From: a bacterium
GTDB taxonomy: Bacteria > Planctomycetota > SKW154 > DAOVDS01
DNA: 50,590 nucleotides
Assembly: GCA_030669415.1 (NCBI GenBank)
Contig: DAOVDS010000001.1
Span: 1 to 50,590, forward strand
Reading direction: 5' to 3'
Each line of letters starts with the position of its first letter. Position 1 is the stretch's first letter. The notes under the pieces are model-generated. The model was not told where the DNA came from. It worked only from the letters and a program-made list of their open reading frames with translations, and searched no databases. Shown here in pieces: positions 44,267 to 50,590 of the stretch. The position numbers and the translations under genes were made by a program.

Positions 44267-47200
44267 ATGAAAAGGGCTGGTTTGTTTGCGCTGTTGATGG
44301 CTGTTGCTTTGTTCTGCGTGGGCGACGCATTTGGTGGAGGCAAAGGGAGCTATTGCGGTCGGCCGAAAGTATGGATAGAGATTAGCCCACCCGAGCAAGA
44401 AACTTACGTCCAGGGTGAGGAAACTCACTTCAATATCTACGTCCAGAGCAATCGTCCTGATTGGTGGCTGAAACGCTATCTGAAGGATGCTCAGATGGAA
44501 GGCTCTTTCCCCGATACGGAAGCGGCTGTTGAGCTTGAGAAGGTCTCGAACGTAGAGTACGCTTTCGATACGGGCTCCCTAAGCAAGGTTGGCACAAATA
44601 CCCTTTCAGTGACCCTATGCAAAGTGAATTTGCACCTGATAGACTCGCTCGAAAATATCAAGGCGTGCTTGGAAGCCAAGATTGACTACTACCGCGGGCT
44701 GCTTGAAGGTGATACCCCTCCTCACTTGAGGAAATTGCTGGAAAAGCTGGTCGGCCTCTACGAGCGGATTATTGGGCGTATAGAAGACAGGATTGCAGCG
44801 GTCAACAAGAGACCAATTGCTTCTGCTGAGGTGAGTTTCGAGGTCACAGCAGATACCACTCCTCCTGAGATGGTTCATGTGTATCCACCCAATGAATCTC
44901 TGGATGCACCCATTTTCACGGATATAGTCTGGGAATTCTCCGAGCCCCTTGCCCCGGAGACAGTCAATTTCAATACTGTACGGGTTACGGTCCTGGATAT
45001 AACAGGTGAAACCTGGATTCCCATACCGGTCCAGGGAGAGTTGAGACTCGAGAATGATGGCAGGAAAATAGTCTTTGCGCCGGTGGAGGATTTGGCACTG
45101 GGCACAATAATTCAATGGACACTCTCATCGGTAGATATAGGTGACGATGTTTTTGTCCTGAGCAAATCAATTGAGATTATCCCTTTCCCTTCTCAAATAA
45201 CAGATCTCTACGGGAACGCACTTGTTGGCAAAACAGCCTGCTGGTTCCAGACAGGCACCACCGCCACGGCCTGGGTTGACCCCAATCGGGCAGCAGTAAG
45301 CGCGAAATACGACTACGCTGACAAAAAGACGGGCAAGAAAAATTGGGTTGTTTCTCCTCAGATGAACGAGTTAAATTTGAATGCACATCTGATACCTAAA
45401 CTGAAGGGTGATGAAAAAGCGACGTGCAAGTGGGAGAAGAAGACTGGAGATTTGCAGTTCAAGTCGTTTAAAGACAAGAAGGCGAAGTGGGCTGACAGCT
45501 ATACTCAAACAGGTAAAGCCAAGGACTTTGCTATGGGTGTAGCCAAAGACGACAAAACACTTACGACCGTTTCAGAGGCCTATGTTAGAGTGAAGAAGCC
45601 TGAAAAGAAGGATTTGCCAAAAGGGAAATTCGTCGGCAAGATGTCATTCCAGAAAGGGATTAAGGGCGTTACTGAAGTATTCAATATCTACAGTCTTGAA
45701 GCGAAAATCGTTCTCCTAAAAGCAGAGGAAAAATCCTTCAATCGTTTTGATTTGACGTTGGGCATAGAAGTAAAACACGTGCCCGAACCAGTTGAAGCGG
45801 GCAAGGCAACACTGGTGAACTGTCAATGGAAGGACAAGGATGGTAAGCCAATAGTAGGCCAGACGGCTGCAACCTGTCAACTGAGAAACACTCAGCTACC
45901 ACTTGAAGTCGCGTTCGAGGGCAAATATTCATCTGGAGAAATGGACAATAAGGAGCCCTGTTTATTTCATTGCAAGGACACGGTGGGGTGCGATAATGCT
46001 TGGGAAATCCTTGCATCCCGTCTGCGAATTCGTCCCACCAGAGATGACATAACAGATGACTACGGCGACGGAACTGGCGACCAGGTAATCCGGGTATACA
46101 TAAAGGACCCGGAAAGTCAATATCCGCGCCGCGAGCCCGACTCGTGGGGCAAAACCAGATGGAAGTACCAGGAAAAGGACCAGATAGTACACATAGAAGT
46201 GCAAGCAGAGACACTTCTCGAAGGTGAGCAGCCGCAATATGGCCCGTTGAGGGACACGGAAATATACCTGCGTGTTGTAGACCCTCCTGATTATGCACCT
46301 TATGCGAAAGCAGGCTGGTGGCTGGGAAATGCGGACTATAATGATAACGGTGATAATGACCGCCATAGCGGGCGTGACCCTGTTATTAACTACGACAAGG
46401 ATTGGGATAAGCGAGACTACCCTCTGGGCACATTCGAGGTCTGGGAAGGTAACAAGGAAAAGAAGGTGAGGAAGGGAATAAAGGTTATTGAATGGGAACC
46501 GCGGAAGAAGAAACAGAACGCGGTGTATATAAGGATGAAGACTGACAATGAGGGAAAAGTGAAGATTGACCTGAGGATAACTGACCATTTGGGAGGCGAC
46601 AACTACTACGTGATTGCATCGTTTTACCCGATAAAGCTGCCTGCAAAGTTTAATTACCGCTCACTAACACGGGGCAAGCAACGCACGGGCTGCCTGACCG
46701 CTTGGAAACGCCTGCTTTACCACAACTACGGGATGAAAGGTGACCCCAATGACCCGGAAGAGAAAGACAAGGAGTACTGGTTGAACAACAAGAAAAAAAT
46801 AGCTAAGTACTTCAAACCTGCCTACGTGGAAATGGTCCCAGTCAAGAAATCCGCGTTGGACTATGTGGCAAAACTACCGAATGACTTGCATACCTGGGTT
46901 AGGAACAACCTCGGAGCAGTCGCGGCTGTGAATACATGTAGGTATTGCTTTGCATTCGATGTTCAAGGGCGTGGCGAAACAGAATCTGGCATATGTGTGA
47001 CCCCACTGCCTAAAACGGCCTTCACATGGTACGGTTATATCAAGACAATCGAAGTGCCGCCTAACCCGGCAGACTCCAACACTGCCGAGTTTCACGCATT
47101 TCACGAGCTTATCCATTGTTTCCAGCAGGAGAGTGACCCCAATATAATGAAGGGTGCCGAAGTTCCCGCTGTAAGGAAGCACTACCAATTTGACAAATTT

Positions 47201-47362
47201 GGGCACGACCCTGCAACAAGAAACGGTATTGATGGCAAACCTGCAACAATGAGAGCTTCCAACGGCCAGACCGGACTGTGCCTCAAACACCTTGAAGCGT
47301 TGAGGAGGCAAAGGTATGACTTCTTCCAGAAGTGGTTTCAGGAAAGAGACAAGAAGAAATAG
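44267..47362 (+). CDS. Large secreted hypothetical protein (1031 aa) with an SbsA/Big_5-like Ig domain and a C-terminal HEXXH motif
   Basis: Signal peptide MKRAGLFALLMAVALFCVGDAFG. TTPPEMVHVYPPNESLDAP...VNFNTVRVTV (Ig-like). FHELIH encoded at 47102-47116. Confidence 0.55.
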   Translation: MKRAGLFALLMAVALFCVGDAFGGGKGSYCGRPKVWIEISPPEQETYVQGEETHFNIYVQSNRPDWWLKRYLKDAQMEGSFPDTEAAVELEKVSNVEYAFDTGSLSKVGTNTLSVTLCKVNLHLIDSLENIKACLEAKIDYYRGLLEGDTPPHLRKLLEKLVGLYERIIGRIEDRIAAVNKRPIASAEVSFEVTADTTPPEMVHVYPPNESLDAPIFTDIVWEFSEPLAPETVNFNTVRVTVLDITGETWIPIPVQGELRLENDGRKIVFAPVEDLALGTIIQWTLSSVDIGDDVFVLSKSIEIIPFPSQITDLYGNALVGKTACWFQTGTTATAWVDPNRAAVSAKYDYADKKTGKKNWVVSPQMNELNLNAHLIPKLKGDEKATCKWEKKTGDLQFKSFKDKKAKWADSYTQTGKAKDFAMGVAKDDKTLTTVSEAYVRVKKPEKKDLPKGKFVGKMSFQKGIKGVTEVFNIYSLEAKIVLLKAEEKSFNRFDLTLGIEVKHVPEPVEAGKATLVNCQWKDKDGKPIVGQTAATCQLRNTQLPLEVAFEGKYSSGEMDNKEPCLFHCKDTVGCDNAWEILASRLRIRPTRDDITDDYGDGTGDQVIRVYIKDPESQYPRREPDSWGKTRWKYQEKDQIVHIEVQAETLLEGEQPQYGPLRDTEIYLRVVDPPDYAPYAKAGWWLGNADYNDNGDNDRHSGRDPVINYDKDWDKRDYPLGTFEVWEGNKEKKVRKGIKVIEWEPRKKKQNAVYIRMKTDNEGKVKIDLRITDHLGGDNYYVIASFYPIKLPAKFNYRSLTRGKQRTGCLTAWKRLLYHNYGMKGDPNDPEEKDKEYWLNNKKKIAKYFKPAYVEMVPVKKSALDYVAKLPNDLHTWVRNNLGAVAAVNTCRYCFAFDVQGRGETESGICVTPLPKTAFTWYGYIKTIEVPPNPADSNTAEFHAFHELIHCFQQESDPNIMKGAEVPAVRKHYQFDKFGHDPATRNGIDGKPATMRASNGQTGLCLKHLEALRRQRYDFFQKWFQERDKKK

Positions 47363-48662
47363 GTTAGTCGGCGCCTTGTCGTTTACAGGGTTCCTACTTC
47401 TTGCGTTTCTGTTTTGGCAGAGCAACGCTTTGTGCCAGGAACCGAAACTGAAGCTTACCGTGAGTATCCCCAAGCAGAAGTATCTGGAATTCGAGGCAGT
47501 GCCTGTAACTATCCGACTTACCAATCATTCATCCTGCGCTGTAGCACTCAGAGAGGAATGCTTCGACATTTACAAGAAAATGGACCTGCAATGGAAGCCT
47601 GAAAAGGGCAAGATATGGCATTGTACTGGAGGTGCAGACGAAAAACCAAATGGTTCTGACGTCTTGTCAGGAGTACCCGTGATAATACCTGCGGGTTTTT
47701 TCGAGGAATTTACTGTTGGTGTATATAGGCATGAATTAGGTATTGGCAAACACAAGTTTCGTGTTGTTCTGACATGTGAGCGAGACAAAGAGGATTCTGA
47801 ATCAGGGTTTGAGGATGCTGCAGCCGCGGTGGGTGCCGTGTCTTGGTATGGCAAACTGACCAGCCAAACAGTTGAGTTCACAATTGTGGAACCGGAAAGG
47901 CGGGAAGACAGGGAGATAGTGGAACTGGTACATAAGAAAGTGGCAGAGGAACGGGCAGAGTCAGACAATTGGCGAGGGTTTCAGCACCATCTCTGTGGTC
48001 TGCGGAAGTTTCTGAAAGAGAACTTCCCCAGTCATCCTCTCTTTGATTACCAGTTGTGGCGTGAGAACTGGGGGCTGAACGACTCAGGCATGGAGGGAAG
48101 GTTCTGGCACCCTGAATCCCGCCTGGAGCAATTGAGCGACTTTGACTCATTCGTTAAGCGGGTTGATGAGGTAGAACGAAATCGGCGTGGGGAGCAGGAG
48201 TTTGGGCCTATAGTTGAAGACCTGCTCTGGAAAAAGGTGGCAGTTCTGCTGGTTACTGACCCCAAGAAGGGTGAGGCATTGAAGGCTCGCCTCATGGCGG
48301 AAAAACCTAACTGCATTTTCTACGTCAGGCTAAATGAATCAAAGAGCCTGAATAACTTGATTGATGCGAGAAGGCATACCGGCATAGAAGAAAGTGAAGA
48401 AGCAGAAGGCGATACGTCCGCGCCGGAGGAGACAGAAAATACTGCGCCAACAACGGGCCAGAAGCCGAATTACGGCAGGCCCGGCGTTTCCAAAGAGAGA
48501 CGCGCAACCTCTGCGGGCGTGCCCCATAATGATACACCGTTTAACAAGGAGCCCAGTTCAATTAGCGATAACTCAGCGTGGCTTATGTGGCTTGGCCTTG
48601 GCGTCGTTGGAGTAGTGCTTGTTCTTGTAATAATTCTCCTTGTCCGAAAAGGCAGACCATAG
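47316..48662 (+). CDS. Hypothetical protein with an N-terminal signal/anchor and a C-terminal TM anchor
   Basis: Hydrophobic N-terminus, no known motif, C-terminal WLMWLGLGVVGVVLVLVIILLV. The start is uncertain (overlaps the upstream gene by 47 nt). Confidence 0.45.
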   Translation: MTSSRSGFRKETRRNRLVGALSFTGFLLLAFLFWQSNALCQEPKLKLTVSIPKQKYLEFEAVPVTIRLTNHSSCAVALREECFDIYKKMDLQWKPEKGKIWHCTGGADEKPNGSDVLSGVPVIIPAGFFEEFTVGVYRHELGIGKHKFRVVLTCERDKEDSESGFEDAAAAVGAVSWYGKLTSQTVEFTIVEPERREDREIVELVHKKVAEERAESDNWRGFQHHLCGLRKFLKENFPSHPLFDYQLWRENWGLNDSGMEGRFWHPESRLEQLSDFDSFVKRVDEVERNRRGEQEFGPIVEDLLWKKVAVLLVTDPKKGEALKARLMAEKPNCIFYVRLNESKSLNNLIDARRHTGIEESEEAEGDTSAPEETENTAPTTGQKPNYGRPGVSKERRATSAGVPHNDTPFNKEPSSISDNSAWLMWLGLGVVGVVLVLVIILLVRKGRP

Positions 48663-48671
48663 CTCCCAGCG

Positions 48672-48690
48672 CTTTCGCCTTTGGCGAAAG
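48672..48690. terminator. Hairpin between convergent genes
   Basis: ctttcgcc-ttt-ggcgaaag: an 8-bp stem. Confidence 0.45.
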
Positions 48691-48764
48691 TTCACCGAAG
48701 TTCCGCCGAGTGAATAGTGCGTGTTTCTGGTAACGGAAAACAGGGCATAGACTGGATGTATTGG

Positions 48765-49745
48765 CTATATCCTCTGCTTCGGCCGCCGCAGCGTTCTTGC
48801 CGGCCGCGCAAGCCGGGTGACCTCGCCCGCCTTGAAAATGTCTCGCGCCTGAGCGACTGTCCCGGTAACAACAAAGAACTTCTCAACACCGAACAGCCGA
48901 ATCGTACTGGTCAGTCTCACGTTTGGGCCTGCGAGAGCCACGCAGCATTCTCCGTAATTCTCCTGCCAGATGCGAGAGGCGCCCACAAGCACCCCAAGAG
49001 CCGGCGAGTTCGCATAGGTAACCCCGGACACGTCGATAATCAGGTGCCGCGCCCCACGCCGCCCCGCCTGGCGAAGAACCCACGAAAGGTACTCCGCCTC
49101 CCTCTGCTGCACATAGCCGGTGAGCGTGACTATCGCGGTCCTCGGCTTCGATGGCACCAGCTTGACCCTCGCCTCCAAGTTGAGCTTCTCTTTCTCGCGC
49201 CCCTTCTTGGCGCCCGGCCAGCCGCTCAGACCAAGGTTGTACTCGGCCTCTTCCAGGCTCCCGAATATCTCAAACAGCGGCGAAAGCCCCAGCGTCTTGA
49301 TCTTGTCAAGCACCACGTGGCCCCTGAGCACCAGAGCGCAGGCCAGCGCGTACTCCATGGGCTCGCGCTCCCTCGCAAAAAGAAGCAGCGACGCAAGAGG
49401 CGTCGAGTCGATTTGCGTGACTCCCGTCAGGTCGAGAATAACCACCTCGACCGGCCTGCGATTGAGCGGCGCAAGCAGGCGCCTCAGTATGCGGCCATCC
49501 TTGTTGGCCATAGGCCCGCTGAATCGGAGTATAACGCAGGATGCCCCTTTGCCCTTGACCTCGGCCTCGACCTCGAACGAATCCAGGCCCACAGCCTCCA
49601 ATTCACGGGTAATCTCGTCAGCCTCAGACGGTTCTGACTGTTCTGCTCCGGGTGGTATTGCCATTGCCGCACTCGCCTTTATCTGCAGCCCCTGCTGCTC
49701 ACCTGTTGCTGTCCTTCCCCGCCTCACCCTCTTTCGCCGCGTCAC
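48765..49745 (-). CDS. Tandem STAS-domain protein (anti-sigma-factor-antagonist-like)
   Basis: Two STAS-like modules (ILDLTGVTQIDSTPLASLL and IIDVSGVTYANSPALGVLV). The start may be ATG 49664. Confidence 0.65.
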   Translation of the reverse strand: MTRRKRVRRGRTATGEQQGLQIKASAAMAIPPGAEQSEPSEADEITRELEAVGLDSFEVEAEVKGKGASCVILRFSGPMANKDGRILRRLLAPLNRRPVEVVILDLTGVTQIDSTPLASLLLFAREREPMEYALACALVLRGHVVLDKIKTLGLSPLFEIFGSLEEAEYNLGLSGWPGAKKGREKEKLNLEARVKLVPSKPRTAIVTLTGYVQQREAEYLSWVLRQAGRRGARHLIIDVSGVTYANSPALGVLVGASRIWQENYGECCVALAGPNVRLTSTIRLFGVEKFFVVTGTVAQARDIFKAGEVTRLARPARTLRRPKQRI

Positions 49746-50250
49746 CGCCAGCCTTTTCCATGAAACCCCGCAGCTTCTTTGCGCTCACGGGAGAAACTTC
49801 CACAAACTTCAGCGCAAGGCGCAGGTCCTCGGCCATGTCGAGCCTTGTAACCTCGGCCAGAACCGACACCCCCTTGAGCTGGCCTTCGGTTACTATCAGC
49901 GATATGGAGAAAGGCTCCAATGGCAGCGTGTTGTGACTGCTTTCAATGTCGCCAATCAGGGCGCTCCCTTCGGAGATATTCGTTATCAGCGCCGTGCCGG
50001 TGTCGTACACATCCCCGTTGCCCAGAATCATGTCGAACTCGCTCTTCAGATTGAGGTCAGCCCGCTCGAACCGCCTTGAGTGCGTGTGCCGCAGGCGCGC
50101 GAAGTCGTATCCCAGCTCACCCGCCGCCTCAAGCACGCGCGCAATTGTCTTGCGGCTCACAAAATCACTTGCGCGCCCGTTGAGTATCTTCGACACAGTT
50201 GACCTGTCCAGGCCGACCTTCTTCGCAATCATCTCCTGAGTTACAGACAT
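49699..50250 (-). CDS. LacI-type HTH fused to a PilZ domain
   Basis: N-terminal MIAKKVGLDRSTVSKILNG HTH. RRFER (RxxxR) followed 27 aa later by NISEGSA (D/NxSxxG-like). Confidence 0.6.
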   Translation of the reverse strand: MSVTQEMIAKKVGLDRSTVSKILNGRASDFVSRKTIARVLEAAGELGYDFARLRHTHSRRFERADLNLKSEFDMILGNGDVYDTGTALITNISEGSALIGDIESSHNTLPLEPFSISLIVTEGQLKGVSVLAEVTRLDMAEDLRLALKFVEVSPVSAKKLRGFMEKAGGDAAKEGEAGKDSNR

Positions 50251-50290
50251 GGACCTTCTCCATACATGTCATTGTTTCAAGCCCCTCTTA

Positions 50291-50320
50291 CACATGTGAA
50301 CACACTTGATTGCACATGTG
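50291..50320. promoter_or_regulatory. Two CACATGTG palindromes (50291-50298, 50313-50320) upstream of the HTH-PilZ gene; candidate operators
   Basis: Exact 8-bp palindromes 40-70 nt upstream of ATG 50250. Further ACATGT cores at 50264-50269 and 50476-50481. Confidence 0.4.
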
Positions 50321-50409
50321 CTGACCCTCCAATGAAATATACACCGCGCAGACAACTTGTCAAGCGATATTTCGCCCCCCACTGCAAAACTCTTCTTTCT
50401 TTTTCCTAT

Positions 50410-50460
50410 CCCGGCTATTTCATGAGTGTTCGGCGGTTGTGTACTCATGAAATAGCCGGG
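50410..50460. repeat. Perfect 18-bp inverted repeat with a 15-nt spacer
   Basis: cccggctatttcatgagt (50410-50427) / actcatgaaatagccggg (50443-50460). Confidence 0.8.
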
Positions 50461-50590
50461 CTATACCTGCCTGACACATGTCCACCAAGTTGACGCCACC
50501 TGCCAACCTGCGTTGGCACTTTCGCTTCTCCTTCTCAATCGGCACTTTCGCTGCCGTCGAATCTGCTCGCCATAACCTCCTTTACCAAAT

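Noticed and set aside
47102-47116. Calling the 1031-aa protein a metalloprotease outright
   Set aside because: A single HEXXH pentapeptide occurs by chance fairly often in a protein of this length. The motif is kept only as a hypothesis in the findings.

Overview
This is a moderately GC-rich chromosomal segment from what looks like an anaerobic, selenocysteine-using bacterium; I cannot place the lineage from sequence alone. No rRNA, tRNA or CRISPR array was seen.

Layout from left to right:
- 0.5-1.8 kb: a ClpP-like gene that lacks its catalytic Ser and Asp, followed by a transaldolase.
- 1.8-12.6 kb: a divergent Flx/Hdr-type flavin-based electron-transfer locus. The minus strand carries mvhD, tandem hdrA, a second mvhD, flxC-, flxB- and flxA-like genes, and gcvH. 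The plus strand carries hdrCB. Three genes are split in the ORF track by in-frame TGA codons sitting exactly at conserved Cys positions, so I read them as selenocysteine. Small accessory genes are wedged into the operon.
- 12.7-21.4 kb: an accessory block of orphan exported and lipoproteins, a HepT/MntA pair, and three tandem genes with a zinc ribbon, one TM helix and a pilin-like domain. The promoter and 5' end of these genes occur three times in a nested pattern.
- 21.4-28 kb: housekeeping genes and a second HEPN/MNT pair.
- 28.1-37.1 kb: an F1Fo ATP synthase operon with a duplicated c1 subunit plus a single c subunit, both with Na+-type motifs. A four-helix-bundle gene cassette is inserted between the two c genes.
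- 37.3-39.4 kb: remains of an NAD-dependent formate dehydrogenase operon (nuoE-like gene, then a NuoF::FdhA C-terminus chimera), followed by mobA.
- 39.4-43.8 kb: an acyltransferase gene, a RAYT transposase gene with REP elements, ispF, and an FHA-GAF-cyclase gene.
- 43.8-50.6 kb: an orphan secreted-protein operon and an HTH-PilZ/STAS pair.

A 75-nt structured element (73/75 identical) lies immediately upstream of the start codons of two unrelated genes.
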